In this document: positions 50,058-64,000 of the stretch, one piece after another
Layout of the letters: every line of letters begins with the position of its first letter
How positions within the stretch are numbered: position 1 is the first letter of the stretch
Assembly: GCA_951406725.2 (NCBI GenBank)
Contig: OX597836.1
Coordinates: 13,082,001-13,146,000 of the forward strand
Length of the DNA stretch: 64,000 nucleotides
Origin: Octopus vulgaris
Lineage: Eukaryota
Direction of reading: 5' to 3'
The notes under the pieces: generated by a model
Told to the model about the DNA's origin: nothing
Databases searched by the model: none
What the model saw: the letters and a program-made list of their open reading frames with translations, nothing else
Position numbers and translations under genes: made by a program

Positions 50058-50443
50058 GAAGCACTCCGTCGGTTACGACGATGAGGGTTCCGGTTGATCC
50101 GAATCAACGGAACAGCCTGCTCGTGAAATTAACGTGCAAGTGGCTGAGCACTCCACAGACACATGTACCCTTAACGTAGTTCTCGGGGATATTCAGCGTG
50201 ACACAGAGAGTGACAAGGCCGGCCCTTTGAAAATACAGGTACAACGGAAACAGGAAGTAAGAGTGAGAGAAAGTTGTGGTGAAAGAGTACAGCAGGGATC
50301 ACCACCATCCCCTGCCGGAGCCTCGTGGAGCTTTTAGGTGTTTTCGCTCAATAAACACTCACAACGCCCGGTCTGGGAATCGAAACCCGCGATCCTATGA
50401 CCGCGAGTCCGCTGCCCTAACCACTGGGCCATTGCGCCTCCAC
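50058..50443 (-). mobile_element. tRNA(Arg)-like SINE, fourth family
   Basis: Minus strand ggcgcaatggcccagtggttagggcagcggactcgcggtc...ggtttcgattcc with A/B boxes and a unique 3' body. Confidence 0.8.
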
Positions 50444-50617
50444 AATTAAACTATAAACAGTATATAAAGAAGAGGTAAATTGTTCAGTTTAATTAGAGTA
50501 AAAAGGTAAATTAAAAATTAAAAGGGGAGATAAGTAGTAAGAGACGCAAGGGAACGAATCAATCTCAGAGGAATCGTGGACTATCATTCAATAAGATAAA
50601 GCTGGAAATATTCTTCT

Positions 50618-51099
50618 GGGGTCGGCGAGGAATTACTGGGGGTCGATGATAGCCAAGGGGGGTCGGCGAGGAATTACAGGGGGTCGATGATAGCCAAGGA
50701 GTCGGCGAGGAATTACAGGGGGTCGATGATAGCCAACGGGGTCGGCGAGGAATTACAGGGGGTCGATGATAGCCATGGGGTCGGCGAGGAATTACAGGGG
50801 GTCGATGATAGCCAAGGGGTCGGCGAGGAATTACAGGGGGTCGATGATAGCCAAGGGGTCGGCGAGGAATTACAGGGGGTCGATGATAGCCAAGGGGTCG
50901 GCGAGGAATTAGAGGGGTCGATGATAGCCAAGGGGTCGGCGAGGAATTACAGGGGGTCGATGATAGCCAAGGGGTCGGCGAGGAATTACAGGGGGGGTCG
51001 ATGATAGCCAAGGGGTCGGCGAGGAATTACAGGGGGTCGATGATAGCCAAGGGGTCGGCGAGGAATTACAGGGGGTCGATGATAGCCAAGTGGGTCGGC
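50618..51099. repeat. 39-bp GC-rich minisatellite, about 12 copies, in a hAT-like remnant ending at 51442
   Basis: Unit ggggtcggcgaggaattacagggggtcgatgatagccaa; downstream terminus aaaagtttggcgacccctg. Confidence 0.9.
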
Positions 51100-51453
51100 A
51101 TGCGAAAGACCAACTCGCCCAGATGAACTGCTTTGAGATACTTAGCGCTATGCTCATCCCTCACGCTGATGTTGTCAATTTTAATTAAAAAAATATTCCA
51201 GCAATACGATGCGATTTTTCACATTTTCTAACCGTGAAAATATAGTTTTAAATGTAAAAAAAGTGTGTCGTCTTCAATAGAATTTCTTAATTTGTCGTAC
51301 ATGTATATTTTAGCGAACGTTTTAATTGCCAGCATCAGTATCAGGTACGGTAGGGTTTTAAGATATTTTGAATGAGGAGGGTGGTCGATGTTGAAGAAGT
51401 GGGTAAAAGGGGGTCGATGGTCGAAAAGTTTGGCGACCCCTGATATACATGTA

Positions 51454-51870
51454 GGTACTATTTAAGAAGAGTGGTCCCGGTGCGTGCACTCGCGTACTCG
51501 CGCTAGCTAGTCGTGACCAGTCGATCCTAGAACGACTACCTAGCAAAGTAAATAAAACACAAAATAAATAATTTTTTGGCGATCCTTCGGTATAGGTACC
51601 GTGAGTGGCTTTGTTTACATTTCTGAAGATAACAGAAACCCTTTTCTCTCACCCCTAACCCTAACCCCCCATATATATATATATATATAATATATAAAAA
51701 CACTTTCTTGAAATGTATCAGGTACTTCCGGTACCTATACCGAAGTTAGGCCAATTTTTTTTTACAGAAAGTAAATAAAACAAAAACACAAAGCAATGAT
51801 CGACTAGTCACGACTAGCTAGCGCGAGTATGCGAGTGCGCGCACCGAGACCACTTTTCTTAAATAGTACC
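51454..51870. mobile_element. MULE-like MITE with ~75-bp TIRs
   Basis: ggtactatttaagaagagtggtcccggtgcg... versus ...cgcaccgagaccacttttcttaaatagtacc. Confidence 0.8.
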
Positions 51871-51914
51871 TATATGTTACTCTGCGATACAAGTACCTAT
51901 ATAATATATATATG

Positions 51915-52026
<112 letters not shown>

Positions 52027-52171
52027 ATTCTAGTAGGTGAATGGCCTATTATGGCCGTTCCTTGATTGTTTGATGTTGAACTTAAAAATGGTCTATGACT
52101 ATTTAATTTTTTCCTACTAGGCCGCTGGTGGCAAAAGAATTCTACAAAATTTTTTTGCCACCCTATATTGA

Positions 52172-52217
<46 letters not shown>

Positions 52218-52549
52218 ATATGTATATATTATATATATATGATGTCGTTGTTTACGTACAAATACAACAATTTTACCTAAATTAATTCTTACCCCCGTGT
52301 TTTCCTTTTATTTTTCTCTCGCGTAGATCAATAGGAATATCGATTTCCCAATAATCAACAGATCTTTCTTTAAAATCAGTCCAAAATACGGCAATATTTA
52401 AAGACTTAGCAACTTACAAACCTTCAACCATTCATCAACACAGTAAAACACGTGGTCTGCAACTGTGGTAATATTTACCTTAAGAGTACTAACAAACATT
52501 TTTGTATACACTCAGCTGAATCACTTTCCTGCTGTACAAAAACCAAGGC

Positions 52550-53201
52550 GGTACTACTAGCGAACAGTGGTCCCGGTGCGCGCACTCGCGTACTCGCGCA
52601 TCCGTGCCAAGCTAGTCATGACTAGTCGATCCTTACTTTGTGTTTTTGTGTTTTATTTTACTTACTTTCTTTTACTCTTTTACTTGTTTCAGTCGTTTGA
52701 CTGCGGCCATGCTGGAGCACCGCCTTTAGTCGAGTAAATCGACCCCGGGACTTATTCTTTGTAAGCCCAGTACTTAGTGACAGGGTCGTAAACACACCAG
52801 CATCGGTTGTCAAGCAATGCTAGGGGGACAAACACAGACACACAAACATATACACACACACTTATATATATATACATATATGCGAGAGACTTCTTTCAGT
52901 TTCCGTCTACCAAATCCACTCACAAGATGCCACGCAGTGGGACTGAACCTGGAACCATGTGGTTGGTAAGCAAGCTACTTACCACACAGCCACTCCTGTG
53001 CCTATTACTTCGTTTAAAAAAATTATTTACTTTGTATTTTGTGTTTTAATTAACTTTGTTTACCAAAAATTATTTACTTTGTGTAAAAAAATTATTTATT
53101 TTGTGTTTTATTTACTTTGCTAAGTGGTCATTGTAGGATCGACTACTTACGACTAGCTAGCGCGGATGCGCGCACCAGGACCACTGTTCGCTAGTAGTAC
53201 C
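52550..53201. mobile_element. MULE-like MITE with a nested SINE
   Basis: TIR ggtactactagcgaacagtggtcc; 9-bp TSD aaccaaggc/aacgaaggc. Confidence 0.85.
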
Positions 53202-54004
53202 AACGAAGGCATATATTTGTTAATGGTGATCCGTATTGCTTACTCTCTTTACTTCTTTCAGTCATTTGACTGCGGCCATGCTGGAGCACCGCCTTTAGCC
53301 GAGCAAATCGACCCCAGGACTTGTTCTTTGTAAGCCTAGTACTTATTCTGTCGGTCTTTTTTTTTTTGCCGAACCGCTAAGTTACGGGGACGTAAACACA
53401 CCAACATCGGTTGTCAAGCGATGTTGGGGGGGGGCAAACACAGACACTTAAACACACACACATATATATCAGTGATCTTTTCGGTTTGAACGGCAGTTTT
53501 TTCTGGCGGTGTCATATGAAATTGTCACCCATAATTATGACCCTAGTATCGATCTATTGCATTTCAATCTGTTTTAGGGTTAGGGTTAGGGGTGAGGGGA
53601 AGGATACCTTTTTTTTCTTCAGAAATGTAAATAAACCCAATCTGTTTCTTAAACGAGGGACATATTCATACGACACAGAATGTTTTCACCTCAATAGACG
53701 TCATTGATTGGTTGAAATTACAGAAATTGAAGAAAAAAACAACAACAAATATCTTACAAACTATAGAATTTTCTCAATAAAGCCAAGAGAAAATGATGTT
53801 TTATAAACACATTCTACCAGTATACGAAGTTTAAAAGTGTTTAGTTACGTGGAAATTAATTTAAAAAACTGCCGGTCAAACCGAATAGATCTCAAAGTTG
53901 GCCGTGGCGGAATTTGAACTCAGAACATAAAGACGGACAAAATACTGCTAAGCATTTTGACCAGCATGCTAACAATACTGCCAGCTTGCTGCTTTAATGA
54001 TGGA

Positions 54005-54045
<41 letters not shown>

Positions 54046-55060
54046 GATCAATAAAATATCAAGCTTAAAAAAATGATAAATACGCGGATCGATTTGTTTG
54101 ACTAAAATTCTTCAAGGTGTTGCCCCAGCATGGCCACAGTCTAATGACTGAAACAAAAGATAAGAAAGAAATATCAGGAAACCAGTTAACAAATAACTAA
54201 AGCAGAGACGTGCTCACGTCATTCAATAAGGTCAATAGACTTCAGAAAGCGAGAACACATGAGGTGAGTGTAGGGGGGGGGGAGAAAAAGTGTAATCTTT
54301 ACATATAAAAGTCAAGTTGTGTGAGTGTCTGTCTCCTACGATTTAGATTCCTAACTCCTCCCACATTTTGCGGTGCAGTTGAACCAAAACCGGGTAATTT
54401 ATAGTCGTGATTCATATCAAGCCCTTCTGGGTGTTAGCGCGCGTCTACGATGAGTCTACGATTTAAAAAAAAAAATTACCATCATTTTTTTCCATTTTAA
54501 TGCATTTTTTCGCTATTATATAAAGGAAGTAACTCTCTAAAAATGTCTACGATGAGTCTACGATTTAAAAAAAAAATTACCATCATTTTTTGCCATTTGA
54601 ATGCATTTTTTCGCTATTATATAAGGGAAGTAACTCTCTAAAAATGTCTACGATGAGTCTACGATTTTTAAAAAGATTTACCATCATTTTTTCCCATTTT
54701 TAATGCATTTTTTTGCTACTTTTTGGCTATAACTCTCTAAAAATGCTTATATAGTTATTTCCCTTACAAATCCAAGCAACGCCGGGCGATACTGCTAGTA
54801 TTTAAATAAATCTGCGTGAAAAGAAATACAATCAAAATAATGCAGAATGCATAAAAATAAGTTGGTTATACTGACTGAATAACTGATATGAATAATCAAG
54901 TGTTTGAAAACAGGTATTGTGTGTTTTTGTCCCCATCCCAAATTTATAATGAATCATCAAAACTGTAAATTTCCACAAATGTTTGAAAATTCAACAGGAA
55001 ATTGCATAATTTCCAAATAAAGTTTGTCACCTTGAATTGTTCTACTTGAACTTATCTCTT

Positions 55061-55189
55061 CACACACACACACAAGCACACACATACACACACACACACA
55101 CACATGCACAAACATACACGCACGTGCACACACACACACAAGCACACACATACACACACACACACACATGCACAAACATACACGCACGT

Positions 55190-55236
<47 letters not shown>

Positions 55237-55315
55237 CACAAACATACACGCACGTGCACACACACACACAAGCACACACATACACACACACACATGCACA
55301 AACATACACGCACGT

Positions 55316-55354
<39 letters not shown>

Positions 55355-55485
55355 CACAAACATACACGCACGTGCACACACACACACACAAGCACACACA
55401 TACACACACACACACACATGCACAAACATACACGCACGTGCACACACACACACACAAGCACACACATACACACACACACACACAT
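55061..55485. repeat. Compound (CA)n minisatellite, ~58-66 bp higher-order unit
   Basis: Recurrent catgcacaaacatacacgcacgtg spaced by CA runs. Confidence 0.9.
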
Positions 55486-56944
55486 CCATTTATTATTTCG
55501 TTTTTGTATTGTTGTGGGCGATTGGTGAAGGGCGTAATTGTTTTCACGAGGACATGATGTGCAATGTAACGGATACAGAATACGGAGAATCATATCGGAT
55601 GACATGCCATATCAGGTCGATATGATGTAGCCCACTACTAAACGTAGCATGTAGATGTAACGCTTCAAGCGTTGTCATATCAAGAAGGAATAACTATTAT
55701 TTATTTGTTTGCCTGACATAGGCGCAGGAGTGGCTGTGTGGTAAGTAGCTTGCTTACCAGCCACAGGGTTCCGGGTTCAGTCCCACTTACCTTGGGTAAG
55801 TGTCTTCTTCTATAGCCTCGGGTCGACCAAAGCCTTGTGAGTGGATTTGGTAGACGGAAACTGAAAGAAGCCCGTCGTATATATGTACATATATGTATAT
55901 GTGCGTGTGTGTGTTTGTGTGTCTGTGTTTGCCCCCTAGCATTACTTGACAACCGATGCTGGTGTGTTTATGTCCCTGTCACTTAGCGGTTCGGCAAAAG
56001 AGATGCTGGGCTTACAAAAGAATAAGTCCCGGGGTCAAGTTGCTCGAATAAAGGCGGTGCTCCAGCATGGCCGCAGTCAAATGACTGAAACAAGTAAAAG
56101 AGTAAAAGAGTAAAGAGATATAGAACACGGAGAATCATTTCGGATGACATGCCATATCAGGTCGATATGATGTAGCCCACTACCAAATGTAGCATGTAGA
56201 CGTACCAAGAAGGAATAACTATTATTTACAATTATTTATTTGTTTGCCTGACATAGGCGCAGGAGTGGCTGTGTGGTAAGTAGCTTGCTTATCAGCCACA
56301 TGGTTCCGGGTTCAGTCCCACAGCGTGGCACCTTGGGCAAGTGTCTTCTACTATAGCCTCGGGTCGACCAAAGCCTTTTGAGTGGATTTGGTAGACGGAA
56401 ACTGAAAGAAGCCCGTCGTATATATGTACACTAGCAGTATCGCTCGGGTTTGTAAGGGAAATAACTATATAAGCATTTTTAGAGAGTTATAGCAAAAAAA
56501 TGCATTAAAAATGGAATAAAAAATGATGATAATTTTTTTTTTGAAATCGTTGACTCAGTGTCTTCAAGCCATGAAGTCGTTGTTCTAAAAGAACGCTGGT
56601 CTCCTTGACAACGCTTTACGACGTCGATTTCCTTACACTCCCTTCCCCACAGCTTCACGAGGGAGGGAAGAAGAGGGAGAAGCAAACAGGTGCAGGTGTG
56701 ACCATGGACGCCAACTCCGCCGCCATCGACACACGAAAAATTATGCATTAAAATGGAATAAAAAATGATGTTAACTTATTTTTAAAATCGTAGACTCATC
56801 GTAGACGCACGCTAATAGCCAGACGGGCTCGATATGAATTACGACTATAAGATACCCGAATTTGGTTAAACTGCACCGCAAAATGTGGGAGTAGTTAGGA
56901 ATCTAAATCGAAGGGGACAGACACTCACACACCTACAGTTTTAT

Positions 56945-57001
<57 letters not shown>

Positions 57002-57718
57002 CGTGTATGTTTCTGTGTCTGTATTTGTCCCCCTAGCATTGCTTGTCAACCGATGCTGGTGTGTTTATGTCCCCGTCTCACGATCATGAAGTAATGAGTT
57101 CAATTCCTGGACTGGGCTGTGTGTGGAGTTCTTGAGCAAGGCACTTTATTTGGTGTGTGATCTACAATTTAAAGGGAGATAACTTTAGATTACACCTTAG
57201 CTTCCTTCTTGTTAGTGCTACGTTGTGTGTGATCTATGTGAGCAAAATCTACTTTGGTGGGTGATCTACGCACTTATTTTAATTATTCTCTCTCTTTCTC
57301 TTTTACTCACTTTTACTAGTTTCAGTTATTTGACTGCGGCCATGCTGGAGCACCACCTTTAATCGAGCAACTCGACCCCGGGACTTATTCTTTGTAAGCC
57401 CAGTACTTATTCTATCGGTCTCTCTTTTGCCGAACCGCTAAGTGACGGGGACGTAAACACACCAGCATCGGTTGTCAAGCAATGCTAGGGGGACAATCAC
57501 AGACACACAAACACACGCACACATACATATATATACATATATACGACAGGCTTCTTTCAGTTTCCGTCTACCAAATCCACTCACAAATCATTGGTCGGCC
57601 CGGTGCTATAGCAGAAGACACTTTCCCAAGATGCCACGCAGTGCCAGACTGAACCCGGAACCATGTGGTTGGTTAGCAAGCTACTTACCACACAGCTTCA
57701 CTCCGCGCGCGCGCGCAG

Positions 57719-57895
<177 letters not shown>

Positions 57896-59382
57896 CGCGG
57901 GGGTAGCTGTGTAGTATAAAGTGTCTTCTGCTATGATTTGTGAGTGGATTTATAGACCCGGAAACTGAGAAAAGCCTGTCGTATATGTATATATATGTAT
58001 GTGTGCGTGTGTTTGTGTGTCTGTGATTGTCCCCCTAGCATTGCTTGACAACCGATGCTGGTGTGTTTACGTCCCCGTCACTTAGCGGTTCGGCAATATA
58101 TATATATATTTACAATATATATATATATTTACATTAGCTAAACAGCTAAACATAGATAAAATATATTTATAAATCTTTATAAACGAATAAGGTTTCCAGA
58201 TGAACCACTGGATATCACCAGTAATGTTCTCAGGTGCAGGCGTAACTGTGTGGTTAGAAGCTTGCTTACCAATCACATGGTTCCGGTTTCAGTTCCACTG
58301 CGTGACACCTTGGACAAGTACCTCGGGCGGACCAAAGCCTTGCGAGAGGATTTGGTAGACGGAAACTGAAAGAAGCCCATCGTATATATATTTATGTATG
58401 TATCTGTTGGGGGGGGGGGGGGGGGCAAGGAACCAGTTGATTAGATCGACTCCAGTACACACCTGGTACTTAATTTATTGCTCCATGGTGGTAGTGGTAG
58501 TGGAGCTCCTGGTGGTGGTGGTGGTAGTGGAGGAGGATACTGCAGGGTCTTGTTCCGGAGTGGTTGGCGTTAGGAAGGGCATCCAGCCGTAGAAACACTG
58601 CCAGATCAGACTGGGCCTGGTGCAGCCTTCTGGCTTCACAGACCCCAGTTGAACCGTCCAACCCATGAAAGCGATGATGATGATGATGATGATAATGATC
58701 TGTGTTCATCTCCGCCACGCCACGCTTGACAATCCATGTTGGTGTGTTTATGTCCCCGTTTCGGCGAAAGAAACAGATAGAATAATTACTAGGCTTAGAA
58801 AAGAATAAGTCCAGGGGGGCGATTTCTTTGACTAAAACCCTTTAGGCGGTGCTCCAGCATGGCCATAGTCAAATGACTGAAACAAGTAAATGAAGAGTTA
58901 CTGTTACTAAAAATAACTAGAAAAATTCATTTCAGCAACTAACACACAACACACACACATATACACTCAAACAAGCACAGACATATATGGTCAAAACGAC
59001 AACAACAACAACAACAAAATCCTTCTAAAACAATTTGAACGGTAGTATTTCTCTGTAGCTGACCTAAAATACAGCCTGTCATATAAAAGCTAAAAGAAAT
59101 TTATTGCCATTGATAAAAATATTTGACCTCTTGACCTGTGACCAATTTTCAACCATCTCAGAAAAACACCTTCCTTTTATTAAAGAGAAAAGGAAAAACC
59201 AAACCTCCACATGTTTACCACCCCCACATACATACATACATACATACATACACACATACATACATACATACACACACACGTACATTAAAAATTAAAGGAG
59301 TATCTCAACCACTCCCAAAACATTCTTTTCTCCCCACCTAAACAAATTCAGCTCTAAATTTTCCCCAATTAACTCCCAAATA

Positions 59383-59894
59383 CTGTAAATACTCAAGTAT
59401 AGTGCGCATTTTCCCCCCAAAATTTAAAGGTCAAAATCTCTGGTGCTTACTATATTCGAGGTTAAAAATGAAAATTATTTTCTAAGCAATGCCCGAGTCT
59501 CTCTTTGCCGTCCAGCAATGTTTATTCAGATGCATTTTGTGATGTCGGGCGCGAAGATACCTGAAGCTAAGTCTGAAAGAAATGAAGTCATAAAAGAATC
59601 ATCCATAACTTGCAATAAGCAACATTTATTAAACGTTATTACTGTTATTTCTTTATTTTCTGCAAACAAAATGCACAAAAAAGCTACACGTTTGCATTAT
59701 GTTATATATACAATAATAATAAAGGACGTTACCTTATACATTTTTACAAACCAAGGATGTAATAAAGACCTCCTTCACTCAAGTTAGAGAAGGGGTGCGT
59801 ATTATACACAAGGTTTAGGTTTTTCAGAGGTACAGCCCCCTGAAAAACCCCTGCGTATTATACTCAAGGGCGAACTATACTCGAGGATTTACGG
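59383..59894. mobile_element. Tc1/mariner (pogo/Tc2-like) MITE, opposite orientation to 14888-15729
   Basis: TA|ctgtaaatactcaagtatagt ... actatactcgaggatttacgg|TA. Confidence 0.8.
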
Positions 59895-61757
59895 TATATA
59901 AAAAGTATGAATTTTCTATAAGAAACAATTATTGTTAATGAATGGCTTAAAGGGACCAAAAGTACCAAAAAAAGTAGTTTTTATTCAAATGCTATCTACT
60001 TTTAATAAAATTTGTAAGGCAGAATCTCATTAGCACGTCGGACAAAATGTTAGACATTTTTAGAGAGTTACTTCCCTTATATAATAGCGAAAAAATGCAT
60101 TAAAATGGAAAAAAATGATGGTAAATTATTTTTAAAATCGTAGACTCATCGTAGACGCGCGCTAATACCCAGAAGGGCTCGATATGAATCACGACTATAA
60201 GATACCCGGTTTTGGTTAAACTGCACCGCAAAATGTGGGAGTAGTTAGGAATCTAAATCGAAGGGGACAGACAGACACTCACACAACTACAGTTTTATAT
60301 ATATAGATATTATAACAATCATTTCCAAATCGTTTTCGGTAATATACGTATGATATTCAATCACATATATTTCCGGAAAATTTAGAAATGGTTCTAAAGC
60401 CGTATGTAATTCTATTCCTTGTGGTGCGAAAGTGTGTGAAAGTCCTGGACACCCTATGTGATTCAGACCTACATTACTAAAACGATGGAATGGTCATGGG
60501 TGGAATGCATTGGATCAAAGATCAGCTGCATCAGGGTTAACGTAAGGTCGACTTTGCCTTTCATCCTTTCGGGGTCGATTAAATAAATACCAGTTACGCA
60601 CTGGGGTCGATATAATCGACTTAATCCGTTTGCCTGTCCTTGTTTGTTCCCTCTGTGTTTAGCCCCTTGTGGATAGTAAAGAAATAAGAGATGGAAGTAG
60701 TGCCGTCTTAATGAATGGGGCACATCGGGAAGTTTGTACGGGACCCCCACGCATTTAGGGGTTTAATTTTTTTTTTTTATCTAAGGCTGTGTTTGCTGTC
60801 AGTAAATAAATACTATAGCACCCAGTGTGTTGATTTAACTGGAGGTCGATAAACCCAGCCAAACGGCCGAGGGTTAGAGGTTAAACAACATTATTTATCA
60901 ACATTAGCAACCATATCGTTAAGTGAAACAGAAATTACTAAAAAAAAATAAATAATAATAAATAAATAAATAAAAGGTGAAAACCAAATATTATCGAGAT
61001 AAATATTATTTATTAGATATATATATTTAAAAGTGTATAAATTAATTAAGAATGAGTTAAATCCATCGAAAATTTGAAAAAAAAGAACGAAAATAAATAA
61101 AAGGTGAAAACCAAATATTATCAAGATAATTATTATTTATTAGATATATATATTTAAAAGTGTATGAATTAATTAAAAATGATTAAATCCATCGAAAATT
61201 TGAAAAAAAAGAACGAAAATAAAATAATATATGTGTTTTTCCCAGCATTCGTCAGGGTAAACAGAAAGCGGAGGAACAACAGTTTTAAAGAGCAACAACA
61301 ACATCAGCTGTAATGGAGGGAGACAGAGAGAGAGAAAGAGAGACGGATGAATAGAAAGGGAATCTGGGATAATAATGAATGGTATATGATGTGATGTGAT
61401 ACTAGGAATATCGGCAGACGTCTTAGGCAACAGCAAGAACAACAAATTTCCCTCCAAACCACAGCCACAACATAGGAAAAGGCCAAAATATATATATATA
61501 TATATATATATAACCACATATATATACATGCAGAAATTTAAATGTTTGGTTCTCACCTAACCCAGAAGCGATAAATTACAGGACTCAATACAAGTGTATT
61601 GTAATGTTTTTTTTTTTTAATACGTTATAACCGAAAAGCTCTTGTTTTTTAATACTTAAAGAGTATTTTTAAATACTCTGAGTTTCCGATCGTTCAGCTA
61701 CACAACCCGATCCTACTTTTCTTTTCAAAATATTCACTGCTTGAATCTATTCTATAT

Positions 61758-61818
61758 ATCTGTCTGTCTATCTATCTGTCTATCTCTCTGTCTGTCTATC
61801 TATCTGTCTATCTATCTG

Positions 61819-61893
<75 letters not shown>

Positions 61894-61938
61894 GTCTATC
61901 TATCTATCTGTCTGTCTGTCTGTCTATCTTTCTATCTA

Positions 61939-61969
<31 letters not shown>

Positions 61970-62121
61970 TTCTATCTATCTGTCTGTCTGTCTGTCTATC
62001 TGTCTGTCTGTCTATCTGTCTATCTATCTATCTATATATCTGTCTGTCTGTCTGTCTATCTGTCTGTCTATCTATCTATCTCTATCTATCTATCTATCTA
62101 CTTACCTACCTACCTACCTAC

Positions 62122-62192
<71 letters not shown>
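61758..62192. repeat. Compound (TCTA/TCTG)n-(TC)n-(TA)n microsatellite
   Basis: Direct reading. Confidence 0.95.
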
Positions 62193-62194
<2 letters not shown>

Positions 62195-63767
62195 GTGTGT
62201 ATGTGTGTATGTATTGAAATCTGAACATCAGAATGAAAGTTTGAAGAAAATGCATATCATAATGATGTTCCTTTGTTGATACATATATATATAAATATAT
62301 ACATATTTATATATATATGTGTGTGTATGTGTGTATATATGTGTCTTTCTTTCGTTATGATCGGCAGGAATATCGTTATAAACAACGGGTGCAATAATCC
62401 AACGGGTGATAGTAGTTTGTTAATAAGCAAACCGGAACTTACATAAGCCATACCCCGATCATACATAATAGATGTAAATAAAAGGAAGAAGAATAGAGAA
62501 GAGAAAGAAAGAGTCGGAGGAGGAGGGAATAATAATATCGTCGTCAACAATAAGGCCAACAACAACAACAACAAACAAAAGAAATAATTTGTATCTTTTA
62601 TAAGAAAGAAGATAAAAAAATATTCCTCCACCACAAAAAAAAAAAAGACAACAAAAAAAACTGGTGGTTGTGGGAGTAGTAAACCGGAACCACACCGCCC
62701 TCATCATCATCATCATCATCATCATCATCAACAACAATGTAATTGTTATCAACAACCACCACCGCCGCCGCCACCACCACCATCGCTGCCCACACCAAGA
62801 GTAACAATAACAAGAGTCTCTACTACAGCTTAGAGAAAGAAAGAGAGAGAGAGAGAGAGAGAGCTGTGGTGGAATTTACTAGAACGAATAATAATATACC
62901 ATTGGCCACCACCGTCAACAACATTACTTAAGTATCGACTATTATTATTATCATCATCATCATCAGCATTACAAACAACAACGGCCGAACTGACTACTTC
63001 TAAGTCTCTACAATATTTATATATTATTAATGATACTACCACTCGTTACGAACAACAAGAAGAACAACAACAGGTAATATTAACAACAACAAAGTACCAC
63101 CATCGTTTTAAACAACCAACATTAATTAATAATATCAACAATATTTTACTATTCAGACCTATTCAAGATCTTGGCCTGTTTTTTCTTTTCTTTTTTTTTT
63201 GAAATTTCTTCCGGAATCATTTATAAAAAAAAACCCAGTTACAGTACCAGCTAAATACTAAGGGAGTGATTTAAATTTAAATCCCCATTTTACCATTCCC
63301 AGAAGTGAATGAAATAATAACAATAATAATAATATGAATAATTATTAGAACAAAAAGGCACCACCACTACTACTACTACTACTACTAGTGAAAGAAGAAG
63401 AATCATTCAAACGGCAACACGGTGCTGCTATCTTAATTACTACAAGCAACGTTAATAATAACGTCTTCGATTATCGCCGCCACCTTCACCATCAAAGATT
63501 TTTCCAGGATCACCACATCCCCCCAACGCGACCCCACATTCTCAATTATCAACATCACCACCAAACAAACTCCACCATTGCCGCTTCTATCACTAATCCT
63601 ATGTGTTCATCATCAACAAAAAGGCCACAAGGAAATCCAACCGTTATATCTCTGAAGAACTAGAAGACGAATGGTTTAAGCCCATGACGTAATTAACCGT
63701 TTTAAATATACAGATAGAAAGATAGATAGACAGACAGAGAGACAAAGGCTGTCTTGTAGACGGCACA

Positions 63768-64000
63768 ATGTCTTTTACTTCTTCTACGACTGCTACTATC
63801 GCTGCTACTACATCTACAAAAGCTGCAACTGTTACGAGTACTTCGGGTAGCAGCAGTACATTGCACCCGTCAATGGCAGTGGACAGCGTCGCGGTCACCA
63901 GCGGTACCAGCACCGCCTCTACAACGGTCGTCAGTACTTCGACCACAACATCTACCACTACCACTACCACCACGAGCAACACGGCCACCACCAGCCTGGA
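63768..64000 (+). CDS. 5' part of a Ser/Thr-rich ORF (MSFTSSTTATIAATTSTKAATVTSTSGSSSTLHPSMAVDSVAVTSG...), open to the window end; product unknown
   Basis: acaATG context, no stop in 233 nt, raised GC and varied synonymous codons unlike a pure microsatellite. Confidence 0.55.
   Translation, partial: MSFTSSTTATIAATTSTKAATVTSTSGSSSTLHPSMAVDSVAVTSGTSTASTTVVSTSTTTSTTTTTTTSNTATTSL

Noticed and set aside
50370-50443. tRNA gene
   Set aside because: The tRNA-like head continues into a SINE body without a closing acceptor stem; the same holds at 46843.
63388-63991. ORFs 63388-63663 (+) and 63644-63991 (-)
   Set aside because: The first starts at GTG and is low complexity; the second is the antisense shadow of the Thr-rich ORF.

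Overview
Repeat-dense, AT-rich animal genomic DNA. The SINE, RTE and Penelope repertoire resembles octopus (coleoid cephalopod) DNA; this is an inference. Most ORFs in the supplied track are microsatellite or repeat artefacts. Two spliced genes can be built by hand with GT-AG introns and consistent phases. (1) DTWD1 (tRNA acp3U transferase family) on the minus strand: 4 coding exons, 47918 to 41563, 295 aa. (2) A convergent plus-strand gene: 4 coding exons, 31367 to 39258, 154 aa, with a signal peptide, one atypical Ig-like domain, a Thr-rich stalk and a GPI-like hydrophobic tail. A third Ser/Thr-rich ORF starts at 63768 and runs off the window. The left 28 kb is a ~20 kb-period segmental duplication containing an 8-copy 617-bp SINE-bearing tandem array, 114-bp repeats and many TA-flanked palindromes. 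Two well-formed type I hammerhead ribozyme motifs (31066-31135, 42334-42421) and several degenerate ones lie in Penelope/retrozyme-like repeats. The rest is SINEs, RTE/CR1 LINE remnants, Helitrons, and mariner, hAT, MULE and piggyBac-type MITEs. Exon and ribozyme coordinates were counted by hand; repeat boundaries are approximate.
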